Assembly (NCBI GenBank): GCA_050329555.1
Contig: JBHJOQ010000026.1
Location: forward strand, 1-54,985
Reading direction: 5' to 3'
Length of the DNA: 54,985 nucleotides
Source of the DNA: Acidimicrobiia bacterium
GTDB lineage: Bacteria > Actinomycetota > Acidimicrobiia > Spongiisociales > ZC4RG35
In this document: in pieces, positions 46,628 through 54,985 of the stretch
Layout of the letters: each line of letters starts with the position of its first letter
Numbering within the stretch: the stretch's first letter is position 1
Position numbers and translations under genes: made by a program
Notes under the pieces: model-generated
What the model saw: the letters and a program-made list of their open reading frames with translations, nothing else
The model's database searches: none
What the model was told of the DNA's origin: nothing

Positions 46628-48031
46628 TCAAACGAACGCGTTGGCGATAAGAAGGAAGCCGCCGAAACCCACGGCGTCGGTCAGCAGTGTGAGGAAGATC
46701 GCCGATGCCAGTGCCGGATCCTGTCCCAGTTTTCTGAGAGCGACCGGAATAGCGGCACCAGCCAGGGTCCCCACAGTCAAGTTGACGATGGCAGCCAGGG
46801 CAACCGTGAGAGCGACCGCCAGCCCGTTGGTCTGAGTCTCGAAGACCCCGGACAGCAGCAGCAGGTAGGTGAGGCTTCCCCCGATGAGGGCAAGGACCAG
46901 GCCATTGAGGACACCGACCCCTGTCTGGCGGGCAAGTATGCCGGGAACCTGAGATCCGGGGACGTCGTCGGACGCCATCGACCTGATCATCACCGCCAGG
47001 CTCTGGTTTCCCCCGTTGCCGCCGATGAGTGCGATAACGGGCATCAGCGCGGCAAGCACCGGTTCCCGGCTGATCACCCCGGTCTGTTGTTCGATGATCA
47101 GGGCGACGAAAAGGGCAAGCACCAGGTTCAGGAGTAGCCACGGCGCCCGCACCAGGAAGGAGGAGCCGACATCGGAGTACACGGTCTCTTCGACACCGGC
47201 ACCAACGGCTGCTGCGAAGTCCTCGCTCGCCTCGTCCTGGATGGCCTCGATGACGGCATCGTTCGACACCATTCCGAGCAACGCGCCCTCGGCATCGACC
47301 ACAGGAACACCGAGAAGGTGGTATCGCTGACTGATCGCTGCGATCTCTTCCCGGTCGGTGTCGGGAGAGACCGTGATCGGATTGGGGATCATCACGTCAG
47401 CGAGAGTCGCGCCGGGCCTCTTGAAGACGAGATGGCGGAAGGAGACGACACCGTGGAGCCGCCTCTCGTCGTCGACCACGTAGATGTAGTCCAGGTCCTC
47501 GTAGTGTTCATTGAGTTGGCGGATTCGCTCGATGGCTTCTCCTGTGGTCAACCCGAGCGGCAGAGAGGCGATTTCGGTCGACATGAGACCCCCGGCAGTG
47601 TCGGCCGGGTATTGCATCAGCCGGCGATAAGCGGCCTCGGTCCTGTCGTCGATGCGGTCGAGCAAATCTTCGACCAACCCCTCGTCGAGCTCGGCCAGCA
47701 AGTCGGCCGCTTCGTGGTCGGTCATGCTGGCCAGGGCCGCAGTCAATTCGGCCAGGGGCACGTGCTCGGCGATCTCGGCAGCGAGCTCAGGGGCGATCTC
47801 CTCGAGAACCTGAGCGGCGTCCTCGGGCTCGAGATCGGAGATCAGGTCGGCGGCGTCGACATCGCGGAGCTGCTCGATAACGTCGGCGGCGTCGCTCGGC
47901 GAGGCCTCGACCAGTGCTTCCCATTCCTCGGGCCTCAGCTCGAGATAGTCGGCCACTTCGTCGCGGTCCCGACGCGCTGCGGCGACCAGGGCATGGGCAA
48001 GCTCGCGCGGTCTTCTCAGACGGAATCTCAA
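46628..48031 (-). CDS. mgtE: Magnesium transporter MgtE
   Basis: Acidic N-domain, YP.DTAGGLM, CBS pair, GGNGGNQ, TLLTD. Confidence 0.93.
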   Translation of the reverse strand: MRFRLRRPRELAHALVAAARRDRDEVADYLELRPEEWEALVEASPSDAADVIEQLRDVDAADLISDLEPEDAAQVLEEIAPELAAEIAEHVPLAELTAALASMTDHEAADLLAELDEGLVEDLLDRIDDRTEAAYRRLMQYPADTAGGLMSTEIASLPLGLTTGEAIERIRQLNEHYEDLDYIYVVDDERRLHGVVSFRHLVFKRPGATLADVMIPNPITVSPDTDREEIAAISQRYHLLGVPVVDAEGALLGMVSNDAVIEAIQDEASEDFAAAVGAGVEETVYSDVGSSFLVRAPWLLLNLVLALFVALIIEQQTGVISREPVLAALMPVIALIGGNGGNQSLAVMIRSMASDDVPGSQVPGILARQTGVGVLNGLVLALIGGSLTYLLLLSGVFETQTNGLAVALTVALAAIVNLTVGTLAGAAIPVALRKLGQDPALASAIFLTLLTDAVGFGGFLLIANAFV

Positions 48032-48074
48032 GTTGCAGCCTTCCGTTCCCGGGACACCGTCAGGCTAATTAAAC

Positions 48075-48551
48075 TCAGGCCTCGTAGGGACGTACCGTTT
48101 TGATGGTGACGGTCAGTGTTCCTGCCGGGGCCTCGTAGGCGACCTCGTCTCCCTCTCCGGCCCCGAGGAGGGCCGCACCAAGTGGGCTGGTCGGTGAGGC
48201 CAGCAGCATCCCCGAAACCTTGTTCTCCTGGGGTGCGACGAAGTAATCCATCTCGTCGCCATCTCCGTCGACGACGGTGACCACCGAGCCCACTTCGACT
48301 CGTCCACTGTCGACCACGTCACGGACCTCAGCGGTGCGAAGGAGATGCTCGAGCTTGCGGATCCGCGCTTCCATGAGCCCCTGCTCGTTCTTGGCTGCGT
48401 CGTAGTCGGCGTTCTCCCGGAGATCGCCGTGAGATCGGGCCTCGGCGATGCGGTCCTCGATCTCTTCGCGGCCTTTGGTCTTCAAATGTTCCAACTCCTG
48501 CTTCATCTTCTCATGCGCGGCAGGGGTCAGGAAAGTCGGTTCTTCTGACAT
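48075..48551 (-). CDS. greA: Transcription elongation factor GreA
   Basis: ARSHGDLRENADYDAAKNEQ, SPLG.ALLG. Confidence 0.95.
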   Translation of the reverse strand: MSEEPTFLTPAAHEKMKQELEHLKTKGREEIEDRIAEARSHGDLRENADYDAAKNEQGLMEARIRKLEHLLRTAEVRDVVDSGRVEVGSVVTVVDGDGDEMDYFVAPQENKVSGMLLASPTSPLGAALLGAGEGDEVAYEAPAGTLTVTIKTVRPYEA

Positions 48552-48622
48552 GGAACTGCTGAGGGTAACTATCGGCCGGGAATATCCGGGGAACGCCAGG
48601 AGGGGCTAACTTTCTCGGGACG

Positions 48623-49645
48623 ATGTCTGACGTGCGCCTCACCCGCTACAGCCACGGGGCTGGTTGTGCCTGCAAGCTCAGCCCTACCGAGTTGAGCGAA
48701 GTCCTCGGCCCGGTCCGGGGGCACAGGGCCCTCGACCACCCCGACCTGCTCGTGGGGCTCTCGGTCGCCGACGATGCCGGTGTGTTTGCGCTGGGGGATG
48801 GCCGTGCTCTGGTGCAGACCGTCGACATCTTCACTCCCGTGGTCGATGACCCCTACGACTGGGGGCGAATCGCCGCCGCCAACGCCCTCAGCGACATCTA
48901 CGCGATGGGCGCGGCGCCGATCACGGCCCTGAACTACCTGGCCTGGCCCCGGGATCAACTTCCCTTCGAGGTCTCTGCTGGAGTCCTGCGGGGCGGTTTC
49001 GATGTGATGGCAGAGGCCGGGTGTACCGTGGTGGGGGGTCATTCGGTCGACTCACCCGAGCCATCCTTCGGATTCGCAGTCACCGGCCTGGTAGCGAGCG
49101 ACGCGGTTGTAACCCTGGCCGGCGCCCGTCCCGACGACATCCTGGTGCTCACCAAACCGCTCGGCATCGGGATCATCACCACCGCGATCAAACGCGAGAT
49201 CTGCCCCGAACCGGTAGCCAGGAGCGCAGTGGACACCATGACGCGATTGAATCGGGCGGCAGGGGCTGCACTGGTAAGTGCCGACGCCCATGCCGCTACC
49301 GACGTGACCGGGTTCGGCCTTCTCGGCCACCTCCGTGAGATGGTCGAGGCGTCAGGGGTTGGCGCAGTAGTCCGCTCTTCCGCTGTGCCCGTTCTGGACG
49401 GGGCGAGGGTGTTGCTCGAGCAGGGGGCGTGGGCGGGGGGATCGAGCCGCAACTTTGCTTCCGTTCGATCCATCGTCGACTCGGCCGTGGACGAGTCGAC
49501 GTTGCGGCTCCTCGCCGACGCCCAGACATCGGGTGGGCTCCTGGTTGCCATGGATCGGGCGTCGGTCGCGGGCTATCTCGACGTGGTACCCGGGTCCGCG
49601 GACATTGGCGAGATTGTGGCGGGGGCGGGCATCGAGGTCGTATGA
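48623..49645 (+). CDS. selD: Selenide, water dikinase (Cys form)
   Basis: [59 protein letters not shown]. Confidence 0.95.
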   Translation: MSDVRLTRYSHGAGCACKLSPTELSEVLGPVRGHRALDHPDLLVGLSVADDAGVFALGDGRALVQTVDIFTPVVDDPYDWGRIAAANALSDIYAMGAAPITALNYLAWPRDQLPFEVSAGVLRGGFDVMAEAGCTVVGGHSVDSPEPSFGFAVTGLVASDAVVTLAGARPDDILVLTKPLGIGIITTAIKREICPEPVARSAVDTMTRLNRAAGAALVSADAHAATDVTGFGLLGHLREMVEASGVGAVVRSSAVPVLDGARVLLEQGAWAGGSSRNFASVRSIVDSAVDESTLRLLADAQTSGGLLVAMDRASVAGYLDVVPGSADIGEIVAGAGIEVV

Positions 49646-49715
49646 ACCGATTCGTCGCCGCTGGCGAGCGCTCCAGTTTCCCAAACCGCGCCAGGCCGGT
49701 TACCAATTGGTTCTC

Positions 49716-50141
49716 ATGGACAGCAAGGACCGTCTAGAAGCGATTGCCGAGGGTCTTTCGATCCCCCGGGCGCAGAGGCATATCTTTCTCTGCGCCGACC
49801 AGTCCACACCCAAGTGCGCTCCCCGGGAGACAACCTCGGTCTTGTGGGCCCATCTCAAGAAGCGAACCAAAGAGCTGGGAATCGCTTCGGCGCCGCCGCC
49901 ATGGGCGGGACGCCCGGAGCTGGAGGCAACTCCGTGGCCCCGGGGAGAAGGGTCGGTCCTCAGGAACAAAGTCGACTGTCTCCGGATCTGTGAGAGTGGG
50001 CCGATTGCGGTGATCTACCCCGAGGGCACCTGGTACGCCGAGCTCACGGTCGACAAGCTAGACCGAATCATCGACGAGCACCTGGTCGGGGGCACCCCGG
50101 TTGCCGACCTCGTGTTCACTGTTGGAGGCCTCAACCGATGA
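49716..50141 (+). CDS. Thioredoxin-like (2Fe-2S) ferredoxin
   Basis: [39 protein letters not shown]. Confidence 0.85.
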   Translation: MDSKDRLEAIAEGLSIPRAQRHIFLCADQSTPKCAPRETTSVLWAHLKKRTKELGIASAPPPWAGRPELEATPWPRGEGSVLRNKVDCLRICESGPIAVIYPEGTWYAELTVDKLDRIIDEHLVGGTPVADLVFTVGGLNR

Positions 50142-51055
50142 TCTCCTGGAAGAATTGGCTGGTCGGGGTTCTACTGGTCCGCGCCCTTGCGCCGGTGGTG
50201 ACACCTCGATTCCGACAGCCGCAAACACATCCTTGGCGCCAACCGGGCAGAACGGTTTTTGTGGCCGACCGGGAATTCCTGGTGCGCGAGGCGGGTCCCG
50301 TAGACGGCCCGCCCATAGCCTTGATTCACGGGCTTGCCGGTTCCTCATTGGGCGAGTGGTATCTGGTTGCTCCTGCGCTTGCGGAGAATCATCGGGTGAT
50401 CCTCATCGACCATCGGAGTCACGGCCTGTCTGCCCTCTCCCGTGGTCGCTACGAGATCTCCGAGGTCGCCGACGACATCGCCGGTGTCTTCGACCAGCTT
50501 GGTGTGACACGTGCTCACATGGTCGGGTACTCCCTCGGGGCCACCATCGCCCAGGCCTTCGCCTACTCGTATCCCGGCAGGGTCGACAAAATGGTCCTGG
50601 TCGGAGCGTTCGCACATCATCCCGAGCCATTGCGCTCCCTGCGGTCTTCGGGGAGCGTTCTCCTGCGTGGCCTGGAGCGGATCTTCGGGATCGGCACTTC
50701 CGACGTCCGGGCCGGCTATCTGCTTGCCACCGGGGCTGTGAAGCGGGAGCACGGCCGCTGGCTCTGGGAGGAGACCCATCGCCGCGACGTCGACGCCGGG
50801 GCCCAGGCCACCCTGGCAATGGTCAGGTTCGATTCCCGGGACTGGTTGGGAAAGCTCGAGGTCGAAACCCTTGTAGTGATCCCAACCCGGGATCAACTGG
50901 TCCCGGTGGCCTGGCAGTACCAACTCGCCTCACTTCTGAAATCCCCGACAGTGGTCGAATTGGTCGGGGCACGCCACGAGGTGCCATGGGTGCATCCAGA
51001 GCGACTGGCCGAGGAGATCGAGCGGTTCATCACCCCGGACCGGGGACCAGAATGA
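50138..51055 (+). CDS. Alpha/beta-fold hydrolase
   Basis: IHG oxyanion motif, DHRSHG, GYSLG nucleophile, D..VP, GARH. Confidence 0.88.
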   Translation: MISWKNWLVGVLLVRALAPVVTPRFRQPQTHPWRQPGRTVFVADREFLVREAGPVDGPPIALIHGLAGSSLGEWYLVAPALAENHRVILIDHRSHGLSALSRGRYEISEVADDIAGVFDQLGVTRAHMVGYSLGATIAQAFAYSYPGRVDKMVLVGAFAHHPEPLRSLRSSGSVLLRGLERIFGIGTSDVRAGYLLATGAVKREHGRWLWEETHRRDVDAGAQATLAMVRFDSRDWLGKLEVETLVVIPTRDQLVPVAWQYQLASLLKSPTVVELVGARHEVPWVHPERLAEEIERFITPDRGPE

Positions 51056-51285
51056 GTGTGTTCGCCGCTGCCTCTTCGATCTGACCGAGGCCCCCGATCA
51101 GCATGGGGTGCTGCTCTCCTTCGGCGCACATCTCGATCATGTCCGCATAGTTGGCACGGAATGCGTGGCCCGACTGAACTGAGCAGGGTGTGGATCGTAC
51201 TGGACCTTCACTCATCGCATTTGCGAGGTCAGACTACGCAATCGGCGAGTAGTAGTTCCGCCGGGGAGGGGGTACCGTTCGCCTG

Positions 51286-52185
51286 GTGACCGCCAACACC
51301 TCATTCGAGATCACGGTCGATGTCCCGGTGCGCAGCCGGCTGGCGGCATATGTGGCTCTGACCAAGCCGCGCATCATCGAATTACTCTTGATCACGACCG
51401 TGCCGGCCATGGTCCTGGCTGCGGGCGGATGGCCCGGCACCTTGCTGGTGGTGGCCACCCTCCTCGGCGGGACGCTGTCAGCCGCAGGGGCAAACACCTT
51501 GAACTGCGTCTACGACGCCGACATCGACGAATTGATGAGACGGACCCGAGGACGGCCCCTCGCCCGACACGAGGTCTCACCGCAGAATGCCCTCATCTTC
51601 GGAGTGGCGCTCGGCGCTTGCGGCTTTGCCGTGCTCTGGGCGGCGGCAAACCTGCTGGCGGCGGTCCTGAGCACAGCTGCTTTGCTGTTCTACGTATTCG
51701 TCTACACGATCTATCTCAAACGGCGGACGGCACACAACATCGTCATTGGCGGCGCGGCCGGAGCCGCACCGGTGCTGGTTGGGTGGGCTGCGGTGACCGG
51801 CTCTCTCGCGGTGACACCGTGGGTCCTCTTTCTCATCGTGTTCTATTGGACGCCTCCGCACTTCTGGGCGCTTGCGGTGCGTTATCGGGACGATTACGCA
51901 AGTGCGGGAGTCCCCATGCTCCCGGTGGTTGCCGGGGTGGATCACACCACCCGCCGCATGCTCCTCTACACCGGCCTCATGGTCGGTGTCAGCCTCCTCC
52001 TCGTACCCGTTGCCGGCCTGCGCTGGGTATACCTTGCCTCGGCCCTCGCTCTTGGAGGTTGGTTCCTGGCCGACACCTGGCTCGTGTACAGAGACCCGGC
52101 AAAGGCGATGCGGCTCTTCACAACGTCGACCGTCTATCTGTCTGCATTGTTCGGTGCAGCCATGGTCGATGTCCTCATCCGATGA
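51286..52185 (+). CDS. ctaB: Protoheme IX farnesyltransferase (heme o synthase)
   Basis: LTKPRII, D.DID..M.RT..RP, LKRRT..NIVIGG.AG, WTPPHFWALA, DY...GVPMLP. Confidence 0.96.
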   Translation: MTANTSFEITVDVPVRSRLAAYVALTKPRIIELLLITTVPAMVLAAGGWPGTLLVVATLLGGTLSAAGANTLNCVYDADIDELMRRTRGRPLARHEVSPQNALIFGVALGACGFAVLWAAANLLAAVLSTAALLFYVFVYTIYLKRRTAHNIVIGGAAGAAPVLVGWAAVTGSLAVTPWVLFLIVFYWTPPHFWALAVRYRDDYASAGVPMLPVVAGVDHTTRRMLLYTGLMVGVSLLLVPVAGLRWVYLASALALGGWFLADTWLVYRDPAKAMRLFTTSTVYLSALFGAAMVDVLIR

Positions 52186-53024
52186 GAACGATCCGACTGG
52201 CCGCCGCGTTACTCACGGCAGTATTTCTGATCACCGCATGCTCCTCAGGACCGGAACCGCTGGCGTTCATCGCCTCGAGTGGGGCGTCGATCGGCACGGG
52301 TGAGCAGCGCATCCTCATTGCCCTGGTCGACCCGGAGACCAACGCCTACCTAGCAACTGAGAATGATGCCGCCACCGCCCTTCTCCGCAACGAGGACGGA
52401 AGCCCGCTAGGCAATTACGAGCTGGACTTCGTCTGGACCGTCCCTGGTGTGCGCGGCATATACGTCGGGTACTTCGAGATCCCCGAGGCCGGGGTGTACC
52501 AACTGACCGTCGAACGAGAGGGCCTTACGGCCTCCGGGCCCACCGGGTTTGTGACCGTGGACAACCCTCCGATGATCGGGCCCGGTGACCGGGCACCACT
52601 CTCGGAGACACGGGTCGGGGACGACTTTGCAGATTTGTCTTTGATCACCACCGATCCTCAGCCGGCTTCGGATCTATACTCGATGACGGTGGCCGAGGCA
52701 GTCTCCAATGGCACGCCGTCGGTGGTGATCTTCGCAACCCCGGCTTTCTGCACCACCCAGGCATGCGGACCGATGCTGTCCCAGATCAAGGACTTGAAGT
52801 TCGACTACCCCGGCATCGACTTCGTCCATGTCGAGATCTATGAGAACCTGCAGGTGGAGACCGTCGAGGAGCTGGTAGTGGTCGACTCAGTACGCGAGTG
52901 GCAGCTTCCCAGCGAGCCCTGGGTCTACATCATCGACGCTGACGGTGTTGTCGTGGCTGCGTTCGAAGGTGCGGTCAACGACGACGAATTGACGTCGGTG
53001 CTGGACGGGTTCGCCGGCTCATGA
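52182..53024 (+). CDS. Lipoprotein with Ig-like N-domain and thioredoxin-like C-domain (CxxxxC)
   Basis: Lipobox ITAC; VVIFATPAFCTTQACGP, FVHVEIY, LPSEPWVYIIDADG..FEG; ATGA overlap with ctaB. Confidence 0.75.
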   Translation: MRTIRLAAALLTAVFLITACSSGPEPLAFIASSGASIGTGEQRILIALVDPETNAYLATENDAATALLRNEDGSPLGNYELDFVWTVPGVRGIYVGYFEIPEAGVYQLTVEREGLTASGPTGFVTVDNPPMIGPGDRAPLSETRVGDDFADLSLITTDPQPASDLYSMTVAEAVSNGTPSVVIFATPAFCTTQACGPMLSQIKDLKFDYPGIDFVHVEIYENLQVETVEELVVVDSVREWQLPSEPWVYIIDADGVVVAAFEGAVNDDELTSVLDGFAGS

Positions 53025-53080
53025 GAGCGCCGAGGATGAAGTTGGTCGGGCGTCGAAAGACCCCTTATGATGCCGAACCA

Positions 53081-54139
53081 ATGGCAGGTTTCAAGCGGAC
53101 GCTTACTCGCACGCTCGCACTGGTGGGGGCGACGGTCTTTTTGGCCTCGTGCTCACTGTTCGAGGACGTCGACCAGCCACTGACCACCTTCGAGCCGGCC
53201 GGACCCTTCGCGGAGCGGATCGACGGCCTCTTCTGGCCTGTGTTCTGGATCGCTACCGCGGTATTCGTCCTGGTCCAGGGCGCCGTCCTCGCCGCGGTGT
53301 TCCTTTTTCGTGACAGGGGAGATTCCAAAGAGCCAAAGCAGATCCACGGGAATGCGAAGCTGGAGGTGATCTGGACGGTGATCCCCGCCTTGATCCTGGC
53401 GGTTATCGCAGTCCCCACCGTGTCGGCGGTCTTCGACCTGACCGAATGCGACCCCGACGCGATGCAGGTGGAAGTGGTCGGGCATCAGTGGTGGTTCGAG
53501 TTCAACTATCCCGATGAGGAGATCCAGACCGCAAACGTGATGGTGGTGCCGGCGGGTGAGGAGATCTGCGCGGTGATGACATCAGACGATGTGCTCCACA
53601 ACTTCTGGATCCCCGCCCTGAACGGCAAGAGATACCTGGTGCCAGGCCAGGAGACAACGCTCCGGCTTCAGGCCGATGAGCCCGGTGAGTACTGGGGCCA
53701 CTGTGCCGAGTTCTGCGGACTCTCCCATTCACTCATGCGGGCACGGCTGCTGGCGCTCGAGCCCGCCGAATACGATGCCTGGGTCGCAGCCCAGAATCAG
53801 CCAGCCACTTTTCCCGAAGAGGGCACCGTCGAGTTCGAGGGCTGGGAGGTCTTCCTCGCCAAGGGCTGCAGCCAGTGTCATACGGTCGAGTATGACGAGG
53901 CTGACAACTCGGTCATCGTGCCCGAGGGCGCGTTCGCGGGCCCGAACCTCACCCACTTCTCCTCCCGGAATGTCTTCGCGGGGGCGGTGCTGCCCGAAGA
54001 TGGAGAGTCTTACGAGGAAGGCTTGAAGCGGTGGCTTGCCGACCCGCCGCAGGTGAAGCCGGGCAGTTTCATGCCCGACCTTGGCCTCACCGAGCAAGAA
54101 ATCGACTTACTCATCGCCTGGTTGGGGGGTAACCAATGA
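53081..54139 (+). CDS. coxB: Cytochrome c oxidase subunit II with fused cytochrome c (caa3-type), lipoprotein
   Basis: Lipobox LASC; LEVIWT.IP, GHQWWF, DVLH, CAEFCGLSHSLM CuA motif; CSQCH plus distal MP. Confidence 0.93.
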   Translation: MAGFKRTLTRTLALVGATVFLASCSLFEDVDQPLTTFEPAGPFAERIDGLFWPVFWIATAVFVLVQGAVLAAVFLFRDRGDSKEPKQIHGNAKLEVIWTVIPALILAVIAVPTVSAVFDLTECDPDAMQVEVVGHQWWFEFNYPDEEIQTANVMVVPAGEEICAVMTSDDVLHNFWIPALNGKRYLVPGQETTLRLQADEPGEYWGHCAEFCGLSHSLMRARLLALEPAEYDAWVAAQNQPATFPEEGTVEFEGWEVFLAKGCSQCHTVEYDEADNSVIVPEGAFAGPNLTHFSSRNVFAGAVLPEDGESYEEGLKRWLADPPQVKPGSFMPDLGLTEQEIDLLIAWLGGNQ

Positions 54140-54985
54140 CAGCCACAGCAGAGCGCCCATCGACAACCATCTTCAAACGCCCGAGGTCGACGACCGGGAT
54201 CTGGTCGTGGATCACTACCGTCGACCACAAGCGGATCGGCATCATGTACGGCTACGCGGCGTTCTTCTTCTTCATCATCGGTGGGGTAGAGGCGCTCCTT
54301 CTCCGGATCCATCTCGCCCAGGCCAACTCCGAGTTCCTCACCGCCGGTGCCTACAACGCATTGTTCACGATGCACGGCACGACGATGATCTTCCTCTTCG
54401 TGATGCCGGTGTCATCAGCGTTCATCAACTACCTGCTCCCGCTGCTGCTTGGCGCACGCGATGTCGCCTTTCCCCGGCTCAACGCCCTCTCCTGGTGGAT
54501 TTTCTTCTTCGGCGGGATCTTCCTCTACTCGACTTTCATCTTCGGGACCTCGTTGGCGCCGGTCGGGGTGGACGGCGTCGGCGGCAACCTCGCTTCCGGA
54601 GGTGGCCCCGGCAGCTTCAACTTCCTGTCCGACTCCCCTGACGGAGGATGGTTCGGTTACCAACCGAACGCCGGGCCGATCTACTCGGCGGGCACGGCGA
54701 TGGACTATTGGGCGCTGGGCCTGCAGATCCTCGGCCTGGCCTCGCTGATCTCTTCGGTGAACTTCCTGGTGACCGTGTTCAACATGCGGGCCAAGGGAAT
54801 GCGGCTGATGCGGATGCCGGTGTTCGCCTGGATGTCGACAATCACATCCTTCCTCCTTGTCTTCTCCCTGCCCATCATCGCCGCTGCCCTGTTCATGGTC
54901 ACGTTCGACCGACAGTTCGGGACCCTGTTCTTCGACGCCGCCGGAGGGGGCGATCCCATCCTCTGGCAGCACCTGTTCTGGCTCT
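54136..54985 (+). CDS. ctaD: Cytochrome c oxidase subunit I (3' truncated by window edge)
   Basis: Translated by hand: TTVDHKRIGIMY, TMHGTTMIF, GARDVAFPRLN, GWFGY, GGGDPILWQHLFW. Confidence 0.95.
   Translation, partial: MTATAERPSTTIFKRPRSTTGIWSWITTVDHKRIGIMYGYAAFFFFIIGGVEALLLRIHLAQANSEFLTAGAYNALFTMHGTTMIFLFVMPVSSAFINYLLPLLLGARDVAFPRLNALSWWIFFFGGIFLYSTFIFGTSLAPVGVDGVGGNLASGGGPGSFNFLSDSPDGGWFGYQPNAGPIYSAGTAMDYWALGLQILGLASLISSVNFLVTVFNMRAKGMRLMRMPVFAWMSTITSFLLVFSLPIIAAALFMVTFDRQFGTLFFDAAGGGDPILWQHLFWL

Noticed and set aside
48623-48680. Possible selenocysteine recoding in selD or other redox genes
   Set aside because: The selD codons are TGT-GCC-TGC. Bcp, the ferredoxins and the Fe-S oxidoreductase are full length with Cys, and I saw no in-frame TGA followed by continued homology
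51062-51092. Minus-strand UCGGUCAGAUCGAAGAGGCAGC resembles the SRP RNA helix-8 core
   Set aside because: It lacks the CAGG/AGCA symmetric loop, the 3-bp stem and the GNRA tetraloop, and it is not at the apex of a long hairpin
51030-51215. 61-aa minus-strand ORF in the gap before ctaB
   Set aside because: No clear SD or start-proximal -10 and no recognisable motif; cannot be supported as coding
51429-52181. 531-aa ORF suggesting a long overlap with ctaB
   Set aside because: The upstream part is an Arg/Pro-rich off-frame shadow of ctaB; the real lipoprotein starts at ATG 52182

Overview
A gene-dense, high-GC core-chromosome segment of about 55 CDS. The gene content points to an Actinomycetota genome, most likely Acidimicrobiia (inference from clpS-DUF2017, HTH-hbhA-like, glnE/nadE, the actinobacterial HhH-GPD family, SLH-like M23 and an LPxTG protein). 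I found no rRNA, tRNA, CRISPR array, prophage or transposase. Contents from left to right: LigD Pol fragment, lgt, a large LPFTG-anchored surface protein, a HisA-like/VOC fusion, P5C-dehydrogenase-like ALDH, an orphan histidine kinase, PlsY-like plus LPG-synthase-TM, bcp, and an acyl-CoA block (carboxylase alpha/beta, ferredoxin, MaoC, SDRs, CoA-transferase, thiolase). Then udk-proC-putB, ArsR opposite a FadF/EtfD-like gene, clpS-DUF2017-baeRF1, an HTH plus HBHA-like pair, pntAB, glnE/nadE, mgtE, greA, selD, and the start of a caa3-type oxidase operon. Strongest leads: (1) a HisA/PriA paralog with both catalytic Asp replaced by Asn and fused to a VOC domain, a candidate pseudoenzyme or metabolite sensor; (2) a GGQ-less aeRF1-like (Balon-like) factor next to clpS; (3) a sigma28-like motif (TNNA-N16-TCCGAT) repeated before three signalling or surface genes; (4) a degenerate half-SDR coupled to an intact SDR, resembling a split FabG4; (5) a PlsY homolog lacking its catalytic His; (6) a CxxxxC thioredoxin-like lipoprotein inside the oxidase operon. 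Leaderless promoters are pervasive. All family assignments come from motif recognition by eye, not database searches.
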